Source: Thermoplasmata archaeon (GTDB lineage Archaea; Thermoplasmatota; Thermoplasmata; Lutacidiplasmatales; UBA184). From it: DNA of 50,504 nucleotides. Position 1 is the first letter of the stretch, and each line of letters begins with the position of its first letter. Positions 36,523 to 46,300 of this stretch are shown here, piece after piece. The notes beneath the pieces were generated by a model, which searched no databases, was not told where the DNA came from, and was given only the letters and a program-made list of their open reading frames with translations. Where the stretch lies: the NCBI GenBank assembly GCA_028864975.1, contig JAGWLG010000027.1, forward strand, positions 1 to 50,504, given 5' to 3'. A program made the translations under genes and the position numbers.

Positions 36523-37647
36523 TTAGCGCTGGGCTAGTGGAACGTAGGCCAGGTCGGTCGGTCCCGTGTAGGTGGACGCCGGTCGGATGATCCGGTTGTC
36601 CGAGTACTGCTCCAGGATGTGCGCCGTCCAGCCCGAGACCCTGCTGATGGCGAAGACGGGAGTGAAGAGGTCCATCGGGATGCCCATCGACTCGTAGCAG
36701 GCCCCGGAGAAGAGGTCGACGTTCGGGTAGAGCCCCTTCTCATGGTGGACGACCTCTTCGACGTTCCGCAGGATCACGAAGCTCTTGGGGTCCCCGCTCT
36801 CCTGGGCGAGCCGCTTCGCGTACTCCCGCAGGATCGCCGCGCGGGGGTCCTCCACCTTGTAGACGCGGTGTCCGAACCCCATGATCTTCTCGTGCCGCGC
36901 GAGCTTCTGCGTCACGTAGCTCTCGACCTCTTCCGGGGAGTGGATGTCGTGGACCATCCGCATGACCTCCTCGTTCGCCCCCCCATGCAGCGGCCCCTTG
37001 AGCGTCCCCACCGCGCTGGTCACCGCCGAGTAGAGGTCCGACAGCGTGCTCGCGGTGACGCGCGCCGAGAAGGTCGAGGCGTTGAACTCGTGGTCGGCGT
37101 GAAGGATCAGGGCCACGTCGAGCGCCTTCACGTAGCTCGGGTTCGCGACCTCCCCCGTGAGCATGTAGAGGAAGTTCGCCGCGTGGTCCAGGTCCGCGCG
37201 GGGAGCGACCGGGCGCTTTCCCTGCCGCAGCCGGTGGTACGCCGCGATGATGGTGGGGAGCACCGCGGTCAGGCGGAGCGCGCCGCCGATCGAGCTCTCG
37301 GGTCGCTTCAGGTCGTCCGGTTCGAAGGAGGAGAGCGCGCTCACCCCCGTCCGGAGCATCTCCATCGGAGAGGTCTTCGCGGGGATCGCCTCGAGCAGCC
37401 GCTCGAGCCCGAGCGGGATCTCACGTCGGCCGACGAGCTTCGACCGCAGCTGCTCCAGCTCCTGCGGCTTCGGGAGGCGCCCGTACCACAGGAGGTAGCA
37501 GGTCTCCTCGAACGTGGAATGCTGGGCGAGGTCGCGGATGTCGTACCCGCGGTAGATGAGTCGCCCTCCCTTCCCGTCGATGAAGGTGATCGCCGAGTTG
37601 GCGACGACGACGTCCTCGAGCCCCCGCGAGACTGGACCGCCCTGCAT
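36523..37647 (-). CDS. gltA: Citrate synthase / 2-methylcitrate synthase
   Basis: GLEDVVV, IYRGY, LHADHEFNASTF, GPLHGGAN, GFGHRVYKVEDPR, YPNVDLFSG. ATG 37647 with ATAAAT about 25 nt upstream. Confidence 0.95.
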   Translation of the reverse strand: MQGGPVSRGLEDVVVANSAITFIDGKGGRLIYRGYDIRDLAQHSTFEETCYLLWYGRLPKPQELEQLRSKLVGRREIPLGLERLLEAIPAKTSPMEMLRTGVSALSSFEPDDLKRPESSIGGALRLTAVLPTIIAAYHRLRQGKRPVAPRADLDHAANFLYMLTGEVANPSYVKALDVALILHADHEFNASTFSARVTASTLSDLYSAVTSAVGTLKGPLHGGANEEVMRMVHDIHSPEEVESYVTQKLARHEKIMGFGHRVYKVEDPRAAILREYAKRLAQESGDPKSFVILRNVEEVVHHEKGLYPNVDLFSGACYESMGIPMDLFTPVFAISRVSGWTAHILEQYSDNRIIRPASTYTGPTDLAYVPLAQR

Positions 37648-37670
37648 GGAAGGCTCGACACTTGCCGAAT

Positions 37671-39029
37671 TTATGCGCTTTGGGGTGTGCCGGTTCGGCC
37701 GGCCCCGTTCCTCCGTCGGAGGTAGGCCCGCAACGCCAGGACCCAGGCGGGGACGGCGCACCCGACGCACACGGCTCCGAGCAGGAACGTCGCGGCAAAC
37801 CCGAGCAGGTGGCTCACGACCCCCGATCCCGCCGAGCCCAACACCGCCGCGAGTCCCCCAAGCGCGCTGTTCGCCCCCAGAAGGCTCCCGGCGTTGCGCC
37901 CCTCCAGGGACCGGAAGAGGAGCAGGGAGGAGGCCGTGCTGTAGAACGCGAACGTCACCCCGATGAGCCCGTAGACCAGGAGGTTGGCCCCGAGCTCGGA
38001 CCCGCTCGCGAGGAAGGAGAGGGGAAGGAGCGCGAGCGAGAAGGCCCCCAGGTATCCCACCACGCGTCCCCAGCTCGCCGCCTGCACGACCCCACCGGCC
38101 CGCTCCCCCTCGCACGCCCGCGCGGTGAACGGCAGGAGCGCGGCCTGGAACCCGTTGTTCGAGAGGTTCACCAGGAAGATCCCCGCGGCGGGGACCGCGA
38201 TCGAGGCCAGGTAGGGTGTGTACGAGGTGTTGAACAGGCCCGACCCCAGTCCGAAGAAGAAGCCCCCCGCCAGCATGAGCGGGACCTCGTGCGTCGCCTC
38301 CGTCTCCAGCCACTTTGCGGCCCGTCGGAAGAACCCGCGGCTCGGAGGGTGCGGGAAGTAGGGGAAACGCAGGTGGAGGCGTGCCACGAGGCTATCGGCG
38401 TGCCGGGCCAGTTGCGCCCGCCGGTGGAGGACCGGGGCGTCCCGAACGAAGAGCGCGACCCCCACCGCGCTCACGAGAGAGATCGCCGAGCTCACGTAGA
38501 GGATATCGAACAGCCCGGAGTTTGGGGCTCTCAGGAGCAGCAGGAACCCGAGCAGGATCCCCGCCACGTTCCCCAAGGTGGAGAGCTCGCTGAACGAGGC
38601 GAAGGCGCTCGGCCGTTCGCTCGCGGGGAAGCGCTCGAGGATCAGGAGGTTCGAGGCCGCGGCGCTCGAGGGCGCGATGAAGCCGTAGGCGGTGTAGACC
38701 ACGAGCAGCACCGGGAGCGAGGGCCACCGCGCAAGGACCAGGAAGACCCCCGCGAAGGCGACGTAGTTGAGCAGGAGCAGGGGGGCCCGAACGCCCAGAC
38801 GGTCGCACGCGACGCCCCAGAGCAGCGAGGCGGGGATGATCGCGACATTGTAGAGGGTGACCGCGAGCGCGACCTCCAGGACATCCCCGTGGAGCGGGAG
38901 CAGGATCAGCAGCGGCAGGGCGACGGAGAACCCTGCCGCGGCCGCGTTCGCGGGAAGGAAGACCAGGAGCCACGGGCGTGCGACGACCCCACGGGAGAAG
39001 GGGAGATGGGAGGCGGAGGGCTCGGACAC
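37671..39029 (-). CDS. MFS transporter
   Basis: About 12 TM helices, WGVACDRLGVR loop motif, ERFPASERPSAFA. Confidence 0.88.
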   Translation of the reverse strand: MSEPSASHLPFSRGVVARPWLLVFLPANAAAAGFSVALPLLILLPLHGDVLEVALAVTLYNVAIIPASLLWGVACDRLGVRAPLLLLNYVAFAGVFLVLARWPSLPVLLVVYTAYGFIAPSSAAASNLLILERFPASERPSAFASFSELSTLGNVAGILLGFLLLLRAPNSGLFDILYVSSAISLVSAVGVALFVRDAPVLHRRAQLARHADSLVARLHLRFPYFPHPPSRGFFRRAAKWLETEATHEVPLMLAGGFFFGLGSGLFNTSYTPYLASIAVPAAGIFLVNLSNNGFQAALLPFTARACEGERAGGVVQAASWGRVVGYLGAFSLALLPLSFLASGSELGANLLVYGLIGVTFAFYSTASSLLLFRSLEGRNAGSLLGANSALGGLAAVLGSAGSGVVSHLLGFAATFLLGAVCVGCAVPAWVLALRAYLRRRNGAGRTGTPQSA

Positions 39030-39210
39030 CAGCGCTGCCAGGGGTCTACCGAGTTAAACGCGGCTCGTGGAGGCGAGACGCCTTCCGCGCTCGCGGAAGC
39101 GCAGCCACGACGCCCGGCGCGTGCCAAGCTCGAGTTCTGACGAAGGACGGTCGCGATTTTGGCGGTTGCTTTATAAGGTGAAACCCTTTGGGCGCGAGCA
39201 GGTGCGAACA

Positions 39211-39444
39211 TTGGCCATCGGGTTCGTCCTGATCAGCACGGCCCCCGCGAAGGAGCATGAGGTCTATTCCGAGCTGCTCCGAGTGAAGGAGATCGTCGAG
39301 CTCCACCCCCTCTTCGGGGAGTACGACCTCATCGCCAAGGTCGAGGCCGAGGACTTCAACGCGCTCGGGCAGGTCGTGGTCGACAAGATCCGCTCCGTGC
39401 CCGGGGTCATCGACACGAAGACCCTCACCGGGATCAAGTTCTAG
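39211..39444 (+). CDS. Stand-alone Lrp/AsnC ligand-binding (RAM) domain protein
   Basis: AIGFVLISTAP...LFGEYDLIAKVE...IRSVPGVIDTKTL. TTG start after GGTG, with TTTATAA at about 39170. Confidence 0.88.
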   Translation: MAIGFVLISTAPAKEHEVYSELLRVKEIVELHPLFGEYDLIAKVEAEDFNALGQVVVDKIRSVPGVIDTKTLTGIKF

Positions 39445-39462
39445 GAAGGAGAAGGAAAGAAG

Positions 39463-39762
39463 ATGGGGCTCTCGTTCGACGCGGAAGGGTTCGTCGCGAT
39501 CTTCGGTCTACTGTTCGGTCTCTTCCTCCTGCTCTCTGGGATCTTCACCGCCTACTTCGGCAGCGGGAAGAGCCGGAAGATCGGGATCGGCCTCGTGGTG
39601 GGCGGCCTGGTCGTCGGGATCCTCATCGCGCTGACCTACCACTCGGTTTGGCACTCATCCCTGACGACCCTCGTCTGGAACACCTTCGTGGTGCTGCTGG
39701 CGAGCGTCCTCGGCGCCCTGGCCGCGATCGGGCTCTTCCTGGTCGCGATCATGAAGTCGTAG
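39463..39762 (+). CDS. Small 3-TM membrane protein
   Basis: Hydrophobic 99-aa ORF with GIFTAYFGSGKSRKIG, in an operon position. Confidence 0.8.
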   Translation: MGLSFDAEGFVAIFGLLFGLFLLLSGIFTAYFGSGKSRKIGIGLVVGGLVVGILIALTYHSVWHSSLTTLVWNTFVVLLASVLGALAAIGLFLVAIMKS

Positions 39763-39838
39763 GCCCGAGGAGGACGGGGGCGGCCACCACCCCCCATCGG
39801 ACCAACGGGTCGTTCGTTCAGCCACCGGGGAGCTGAAG

Positions 39839-40807
39839 ATGCCGGACAAGCGCTCGGTCGAACCCCCTCCACTTCCCAAGGGCGTGGCATCGCCGCAAGA
39901 GGCCCCGAAACCCAAGACCAGCGCTCCCCCCCGTGGGGTGGGCGCGCACGAGCACCCCCACTCCCATCCCGAGCTGGAGGCGGCCACCGCGCGCCTGGAC
40001 CCGATCATCACGCTCACCACCGACATCGGTTGGGCCTATGCGTCCCAGATGAAGGGCGTCCTGCTGAGCTCCGCCCCCCGCGCGAGACTCGTGGACATCA
40101 CGCACAGCGTCCAGAGCCACAGCGTGCTCGAGGGGGCCTTCATGCTCCGCTACTGCGCCTCGCACTTCCCAGCGGGGTCCATCCACGTCTGCATCGTCGA
40201 CCCCGGGGTCGGGAGCGGCCGCCAGGCCCTGATGGTCCGGTGCCGAGAAGGCTCTCTCCTGGTCGGTCCGGACAACGGGGTGCTGATGCCGCTCGCCTCC
40301 GCCCTGGGCGACCCGGAGGTCTTCCGCATCCAGGCGGAGCGGGTCGTCCCGAACCGACCCGTGAGCGCGACCTTCGAGGGCCGGGACCTCTTCGCCCCGA
40401 CGGCGGCCCAGCTGGCGACGGGAAAGATCCCCGAGGACCTCGGAGTGGAGACCCGGGCCCTCGCCTTCCACCTCCCCGCCCCCAAGTGGGGCGCGGGGGC
40501 GGCCGAGGTCTCGGTCCTGCACGTCGACGCTTTCGGCAACGCCATCACGAACCTCCCGTTCGAGGAGTTCGTCGAACGGATCGGCCCCCCCGGCACCCAC
40601 GCCGTCGTCCAGGAAGGCTCCCGCCAGATGCGCGCGGCCGTCGCCCGCACCTACAGCGACCTCACCGAAGGTTGTCTCGGCGTCCTGGGGTCGAGCTTCG
40701 GTCTCGCCGAGCTATCGATCGGGAAGGGACGGGCAGACCACGTGCTGTCCCTCAAGACCGGCGCCCGGCTCCATCTCAAACCCTCGGACCAGGACTGGCG
40801 GGAATGA
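39839..40807 (+). CDS. SAM hydroxide adenosyltransferase / SAM-dependent halogenase family (DUF62)
   Basis: ITLTTDIG, VDITH, IVDPGVGSGR, VGPDNG, TFEGRDLFAP, VDAFGNAITN. Confidence 0.92.
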   Translation: MPDKRSVEPPPLPKGVASPQEAPKPKTSAPPRGVGAHEHPHSHPELEAATARLDPIITLTTDIGWAYASQMKGVLLSSAPRARLVDITHSVQSHSVLEGAFMLRYCASHFPAGSIHVCIVDPGVGSGRQALMVRCREGSLLVGPDNGVLMPLASALGDPEVFRIQAERVVPNRPVSATFEGRDLFAPTAAQLATGKIPEDLGVETRALAFHLPAPKWGAGAAEVSVLHVDAFGNAITNLPFEEFVERIGPPGTHAVVQEGSRQMRAAVARTYSDLTEGCLGVLGSSFGLAELSIGKGRADHVLSLKTGARLHLKPSDQDWRE

Positions 40808-41223
40808 GCACGGCCCCGCGACCCCCGACCCTTGAGGTCGGGCAGACGCGGACCGTCGATCGGACCTTCACCGTGGAGGAGGTCGAGTCGTTCGCCCATC
40901 TCTCGGGCGACCGCGGCGACCAACATCTCTTGGGCGACCAGAAGGGACGTCGAATGGTCCACGGCCTGCTCGTCGGTTCGCTCCCAACCCAGATCGGAGG
41001 CGAGATGAACTTCCTGGCGAGGGAGATCACGTTCGAGTTCCTACGACCCGCGTTCACGGGGGAGCTCCTTCGGTGCACGGTGGCGACGACCTTGATCGAG
41101 TCAACGCCGAAGGGAACGAGGCTCGAGGCCACGTTCGACTGCACGAATCCGCGAGGCGAGCTCGTGATGAAGGGCCGCGTCCGAGGACTCGTTCCCGCGC
41201 AGGTCGCCTCGCCCCGCCCATGA
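40804..41223 (+). CDS. MaoC-like hotdog-fold dehydratase
   Basis: FAHLSGDRGDQH...MVHGLL...FEFLRPAFTGE. ATGA overlap. Confidence 0.85.
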   Translation: MSTAPRPPTLEVGQTRTVDRTFTVEEVESFAHLSGDRGDQHLLGDQKGRRMVHGLLVGSLPTQIGGEMNFLAREITFEFLRPAFTGELLRCTVATTLIESTPKGTRLEATFDCTNPRGELVMKGRVRGLVPAQVASPRP

Positions 41224-41726
41224 CCTCCCGCCATCGCCGAGTGCGGATCAGGGAAGCCACCCCCGCCGACCTCCCCTGGATGGCTCCGCTCTTCGAGGCG
41301 CTGATGAACCGGTCGCGGGCGTGGTTCGGCCTCCCGACCTTCTCTCGCGAGAAGAGCCGTCGGGCGGCCCGGAACTACATCGGCGGGCAACTGCGACGCT
41401 TCCGAGGCCCGCGCGGGTTCGCTCTCGTGGCCGAGCTGGGGGCGCGTCCTGTGGGGTTCGTCACGGTCGAGCTGCACCGGTCCCCGGCCGATGACCAGGT
41501 ACGGGCGTACACCTCGGGAGAGGTCCAGGAGCTGCATGTCCAGCGTGGGTTTCGCAGACAAGGCGTGGGCACCGCCCTGATGGCCGCGGTCGAGCGGCGC
41601 GTCCGCAGCTGCAGGGGCACCCTGGTGAGCCTTTACACGCACCCCCGTCTGCGCGCTGCCCACCGCTTCTATGGGCAGCAGGGTTACCAGGTAGTGTCCG
41701 TGAAGTTCGACAAGAGGTTACCATGA
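41220..41726 (+). CDS. GNAT family N-acetyltransferase
   Basis: IREATPADL, VAELGARPVGF, LHVQRGFRRQGVGTALM, AHRFYGQQGY. ATGA overlap. Confidence 0.9.
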   Translation: MTSRHRRVRIREATPADLPWMAPLFEALMNRSRAWFGLPTFSREKSRRAARNYIGGQLRRFRGPRGFALVAELGARPVGFVTVELHRSPADDQVRAYTSGEVQELHVQRGFRRQGVGTALMAAVERRVRSCRGTLVSLYTHPRLRAAHRFYGQQGYQVVSVKFDKRLP

Positions 41727-42250
41727 CAGGCCCCGCACGCGCTTCCGTCAAGTTCTACCGAGACCTCTTCCGCTACAACCACCAAGTGATCGAGAACTTC
41801 CTTCGGAAGCTTGAGCACCTTCCCAAGAAGGCGGCCGAGCGCGACCGAGGCATCGGCCACCTCTCCCTCGCTCGGACGCTGCTGCACGTGGTGCGGGTCC
41901 ACGATGCTTGGTTGAACTACATCGTCCGGGGTAATTTCGCCGGCCTCCACGAGAGCCACGAGCGGTTCGCCCGCCTGCGGACGGTCAAGGACGCGCGCGC
42001 CTACTTCGGGCAGAGCTGGAAGGGGATCGACCGGTTCCTCGGAGAGCTCACCCCCTCGGAGCTTCGCCGAAGCGCGAGAGCGCCCTGGATGCCCGGCCGC
42101 TACACCGTGGAGGACGTGCTGGTCCAGTGCACGCTTGAGCAGGCGCATCACGTGGGAGAGATGATCGGGGCGTTCTGGCAGCAGGACATCGTCCCTCCGC
42201 AAATGATGTTCATCCCCTTGCGGACAGGAAAGCGCGTCTCGGTCGCCTGA
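41723..42250 (+). CDS. DinB family protein
   Basis: LFRYNH, SLARTLLHVVRVHDAW, EQAHHVGEM (His metal-binding triad). ATGA overlap. Confidence 0.88.
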   Translation: MTGPARASVKFYRDLFRYNHQVIENFLRKLEHLPKKAAERDRGIGHLSLARTLLHVVRVHDAWLNYIVRGNFAGLHESHERFARLRTVKDARAYFGQSWKGIDRFLGELTPSELRRSARAPWMPGRYTVEDVLVQCTLEQAHHVGEMIGAFWQQDIVPPQMMFIPLRTGKRVSVA

Positions 42251-42273
42251 GGCGGACCTTCTCGCGGGCGAGG

Positions 42274-44232
42274 TCAGGGACGAGGATAGCCCGGTAGCGC
42301 GAGCGCGTAGCCCCAGGCACGTACGATCCACCAGGCGTCGCTCGCCGCGAGTCCTGTGGCCTTCTGCAGCTGTTGCGCCGACCCCTCCATCGGGTCCAGG
42401 TCGTCCGCGGGTCGCGCATAGGCCTGAGCGGCCAGGAGACGCTCCGGAATGTCGAGCTCGAGCGCCTGGATCAGCGCCCTCACCACGTCGGGGTCGCCGG
42501 GAAGGAGCTCCGTCAGGAGCTTCTCGCAACGTGGCGTGTCCCCCAACAGGGTCGGCCCCTCGGTCGCCAGGAGCTTCTTGAGAGCCTCGGCGGTCTCGGC
42601 GTCCCCGATCCCGACGGTCACATCAGCGGCTGGAGCCGTTCCGAGGACCGAAGGCATGCTCTGGGGGCTCGGCCCCGCGGGTGGGCTCCCGGAAGCGCCG
42701 GGGCCAGGGGCAGCGCCGCCTGGGGGCGAGAGCAGCGCATGGCCCCGTCGATGGCACTCCTCCTTGCTGAGGCGCTCGGTCCCCACCTGGACCGTTTCGT
42801 TGGGACCCAGCACCAGCGTCAGCTCCGCCCACGCGTCCACGTACTGGGGATCGAGCTCGAGAGCGTGGCCGAGGCACTCGACCCTCGTGAAGGAGCGACC
42901 CTGGAGCTCGACCTTCTCGAAGGGACGAAGCAGGGTCCCCAGGGCGACCCAGCCGTGCACCAGCGTCGGATCGAGGGTGAGCGCGTACTGGACACATTCG
43001 ATTCCCGAACGGAAGGTCCCCTGGAGGTTCGCCTTCTCGTTCGGGCCCAGCTCCTCTCCGAGATTGGACCAGGCGGCAGCCAACGAAGCATCGATCGAGA
43101 TGGCGCGCAGGAAGCAGTCCTTGCGCACGACCGGCTGGCTCCCGACCAGCACCGTCTGGCCATCGGCCAGGGAGACCCCAAGGTCGGCCCACGCCAGCGC
43201 GTCCTGCGGGTCGAGACGCAGCGCGTTCTGGTAGCACTGCACGCGACGGATCACCTGCCCCTGGACCGTCGCCTGACCCTTCTCGCCCAAGATCTCTCCC
43301 AAGGCATCCCAAGCGTCAGGGAGGTCCGGGTCGAGCCCCAGGGCCCGGACCAGACAGTCCTGACGCTGGAAGGTCCTCGCGAGCAGGGAGACCGAGCCCG
43401 CAGGTCCAAGAGCGAGTCCCAGAAGCTGCCAAGCGAGCGCGAGCTCGGGCTCGAGCTTGAGCGCACGCAGGTAGAGGTCCACCGCGCGCAGTTTCTCGCC
43501 CCGTACCTCCACCACCTCTCCTTCGGCCAGCGCCTGACCGAGGTTCACCCAGGCCGCGACCTGGGTCGAGTCGACCTTCAGGGCCCGAGCGTAGCACTCC
43601 TTCTCACGAAGTTCTTCACTTCCTACCTTGGCCGAAGCTCCCGGGGGGAGCGCGGTCCCGAGGTTCACCCACGCGGCAGCGAGCGACGGGTCGAGCCGCA
43701 CGGCCTGCGCGTAGCAGGCCACCTTCCCCCATCCCTGCCCCTGGAACGAGGCCTGTTCGTCGGGTCCGAGCTCGTCCCCGAGCGCGAGCCAGCCTTCGGC
43801 GGAGTCGGGGCGTAGCCGTCCTCGCATGCTGGCCGGGGTCGTGGGGGCGACCGGTGAGGCCGTCGGGGGCGCCGACCGGGGGGGAGCAGCGGTGAGAGAG
43901 GCAGGTGCCGGGGCGGGCGTGGTGGGAGGTGAGACCGCCGATCCGCCCACCGCGTTGATCCAGGCCTGGACCACGACCGGCGCGAGGGAGGGCGACACCC
44001 TTCCCTCCTTCACCAGCCGATCGATCAACGCGGTCGGTACTGCGGCGCCGGGTCCCGCGAGGACCGCCTGGGGGATTCCGAGCTGGAGGGCCACCACGAC
44101 CGCGTCCACCTCCTCCTTCTGCCCGGCCGCGATCGCGCCGAGCCTCGTGCGGCAGAGCTCGGGGGCATCGAGGAGGGCCCGGCCACGCTCCTTGTAGAGG
44201 AGCTTGAGCGCGAGCGGAACGATATCGGCCAT
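42274..44232 (-). CDS. TPR-like 40-aa repeat protein flanked by a duplicated helical domain
   Basis: Nine repeats of the form AWxxLGxxL-x~13-ECYxxALxLDP. The N- and C-terminal ~90-aa domains resemble each other. Confidence 0.85.
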   Translation of the reverse strand: MADIVPLALKLLYKERGRALLDAPELCRTRLGAIAAGQKEEVDAVVVALQLGIPQAVLAGPGAAVPTALIDRLVKEGRVSPSLAPVVVQAWINAVGGSAVSPPTTPAPAPASLTAAPPRSAPPTASPVAPTTPASMRGRLRPDSAEGWLALGDELGPDEQASFQGQGWGKVACYAQAVRLDPSLAAAWVNLGTALPPGASAKVGSEELREKECYARALKVDSTQVAAWVNLGQALAEGEVVEVRGEKLRAVDLYLRALKLEPELALAWQLLGLALGPAGSVSLLARTFQRQDCLVRALGLDPDLPDAWDALGEILGEKGQATVQGQVIRRVQCYQNALRLDPQDALAWADLGVSLADGQTVLVGSQPVVRKDCFLRAISIDASLAAAWSNLGEELGPNEKANLQGTFRSGIECVQYALTLDPTLVHGWVALGTLLRPFEKVELQGRSFTRVECLGHALELDPQYVDAWAELTLVLGPNETVQVGTERLSKEECHRRGHALLSPPGGAAPGPGASGSPPAGPSPQSMPSVLGTAPAADVTVGIGDAETAEALKKLLATEGPTLLGDTPRCEKLLTELLPGDPDVVRALIQALELDIPERLLAAQAYARPADDLDPMEGSAQQLQKATGLAASDAWWIVRAWGYALALPGYPRP

Positions 44233-44239
44233 GGTGAAC

Positions 44240-44827
44240 CTACCCCGCGGGCTTCAGGTCCGGTGGTCGGGTATCGTCCGGCCCCCAGCTCTCCAGCAGG
44301 ACCGCCTCCCGGCGCAGGAATCCGTCCGTCTCCTTCACCTGCTCGACCGACGCCGCATGCTCGGTCCCCATCATCTTCTGGTCGATGGCCTCGACTCGGT
44401 GGAAGAGCCACTCGAACTCGTGGAAGACCAGGGGGTCCTTGAGCTTGGTACGGATCTGCGAGACCATGTCCACCGGCCTTCGGATCGCCAGCCAGTAGGT
44501 CGAGATCCACGTCCCGAAGGCCTCCCACACGAGCTCCTCGTCGAGGAGACAGCGGCGGGTCAGGGCCCCCACGAGCTCGAAGAAGGTCAGGACCTCCACG
44601 CTGGTGATGTCCTCGTGCGCCCCTTGCAGGAGTTTCTGGCTCAAGTGGCGCCGAGCTGCTCGCATGCGGTCCGAGTCGAACCGTTCGCGCAACGTCATGA
44701 CCGCGTTGGCCGAGTTGAGCACGCGGTTCTGCCGCGTCTGCCAGTACATGATGGCCAGGGTACCGATGACCAGGATCCAGGTCCCGATGAGGCCGAGGAG
44801 CGCGAGCGTGTAGGCGTCGATGAACAC
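44240..44827 (-). CDS. DUF4760-like protein with N-terminal TM
   Basis: TM then WQTRQ...RFDSDRMRAAR...VLTFFELVGAL...LDEELVWEAFG. Family recalled from the pattern. GTG start. Confidence 0.65.
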   Translation of the reverse strand: MFIDAYTLALLGLIGTWILVIGTLAIMYWQTRQNRVLNSANAVMTLRERFDSDRMRAARRHLSQKLLQGAHEDITSVEVLTFFELVGALTRRCLLDEELVWEAFGTWISTYWLAIRRPVDMVSQIRTKLKDPLVFHEFEWLFHRVEAIDQKMMGTEHAASVEQVKETDGFLRREAVLLESWGPDDTRPPDLKPAG

Positions 44828-44906
44828 GGAGATGCGCCCCGGCGGCTCTCAGGGGGCGCAGCCTATAGCGGTTCGGCGCTACGCTTTCCGTGGAGCGGCG
44901 AACAGG

Positions 44907-45593
44907 ATGACCACGATCAAGACGCTCGCGGCGTACGAGGTCGTCCAGCACGAGTTCCCCCGCCCTCCCCCCACGGAGAAGGACGAGATCGGCAGAGCGA
45001 CAGGGAAGGCGATCGACCACGCGCTCTCCCAGTGGAGCCACCAGCACCGGCAGAACCTCCGCCCCACCGCGGCGTCCGTGCAGCGCACCGCCAAGGAGGT
45101 CCTCGACGAGGAGCTGCGGGACGCCGACGTGGTCATGACGGTCGAGCAGCGCTCCTCGGCGGAGCGGCAGATCGCCGGCGTCCTCCAGGCCTTCCGCAAG
45201 AGCCCGGTCTTCGGCCTCGCGCGCCCAAGGTCTCGGATGGTCCTGGTCAATGGAGAGGTGGGGGTGTACGCCCAGCCGGACTACTGGGACGGGGGCCAGG
45301 CCTTCTACGAGATGAAGGCCTATCGGGCCGTCCCTCCTCCTCCGGACGTCGCGCTCCAGGTCCGCATCTTCCAACTGGCCTTTCCCGGCATGCGGTCCTT
45401 CCTGGCCTGCTTCGACCGTCACCACGACCCGGTCGAGACCGTGCTGTTCGAGGTCCCTCCCGCGACGGCGGACGAACGAAGTTCCCTGCTGGAGCTGCTC
45501 CTTCGCGTCGGACGCGAGCTGGGGCATGAGAAGGTGCTGGAGTACGTCGACGTCCAGAAGTTGGCCTACTCTGTGTCGGTGGCTCAGGGCTGA
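44907..45593 (+). CDS. PD-(D/E)XK nuclease-superfamily protein (RecB/Cas4-like, no Fe-S cysteines)
   Basis: AQPDY...FYEMK...LQVRIF motifs. ATG 44907. Confidence 0.7.
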   Translation: MTTIKTLAAYEVVQHEFPRPPPTEKDEIGRATGKAIDHALSQWSHQHRQNLRPTAASVQRTAKEVLDEELRDADVVMTVEQRSSAERQIAGVLQAFRKSPVFGLARPRSRMVLVNGEVGVYAQPDYWDGGQAFYEMKAYRAVPPPPDVALQVRIFQLAFPGMRSFLACFDRHHDPVETVLFEVPPATADERSSLLELLLRVGRELGHEKVLEYVDVQKLAYSVSVAQG

Positions 45594-45718
45594 CCGAGAG
45601 CTCCTCCGACCTGCGCCCGTCGGTTCGGTCGACAGGTTACTCCTCTTTGAGCCGATACTCTTGGATTGGCCCAAAGTTCGCGTCGTCCGGTTTCACACGC
45701 TCGTCCGCGGGGCCTGGG

Positions 45719-46300
45719 TCAGTCCGAGACCCCGGCGTGCGCGAGCACCCTTTCCAAAAGCTCTTGGGAGTCCTTCCACGGCTTCGTAGTCGCCCCGAAA
45801 TCCACGAGGTCCGGGTAGTAGCGAGTGCGGCGTCCTTCCCGCTCGAGCGAAGAGAAGCGCATCCGGCCTGCCGTGTCGTACACGAGAGAGGCTGCGCGAC
45901 GGGAGGCTCCATCGTCCTCATAGAAGACCACCACGCGGTCGCCGGGCAGCTCGCCCCGCCCCATCTGGAGGAGGAGGAAGCCGACCTCGACATCCAGGCC
46001 TGGACGTGCCGCCCCGAAGGGCCAGTAGACGAAGTACTGGTCCACCATATGCTTGCGCACCAGCTCGAGGAACTTCGCCGTGCTGTTCCAGGGGTGGAGG
46101 GGTTCCTCGGCCTCCATCACTACGGCGGCGGCCCCGCGCTGGGAGAGGAGGTGGGCGAGGGCCACTCGCACCTCGAGCGGCCGCAGACCTCCGGACCCCG
46201 GCCAGGTCCAGGCAGAGGGCAGCTGCGATCTGAGCGGTTCCAGGTCCTTCGGTTCTTTGCCGGGAAGCCACTGCGAGGGCCCGAGGACAAGGATGGTCAT
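45719..46300 (-). CDS. Hypothetical protein, possible nucleoside-deoxyribosyltransferase/TIR-like Rossmannoid fold
   Basis: MTILVLGP...YFVYWP...GLDVEVGFL...RVVVFY pattern. ATG 46300 overlaps the upstream stop. Confidence 0.55.
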   Translation of the reverse strand: MTILVLGPSQWLPGKEPKDLEPLRSQLPSAWTWPGSGGLRPLEVRVALAHLLSQRGAAAVVMEAEEPLHPWNSTAKFLELVRKHMVDQYFVYWPFGAARPGLDVEVGFLLLQMGRGELPGDRVVVFYEDDGASRRAASLVYDTAGRMRFSSLEREGRRTRYYPDLVDFGATTKPWKDSQELLERVLAHAGVSD

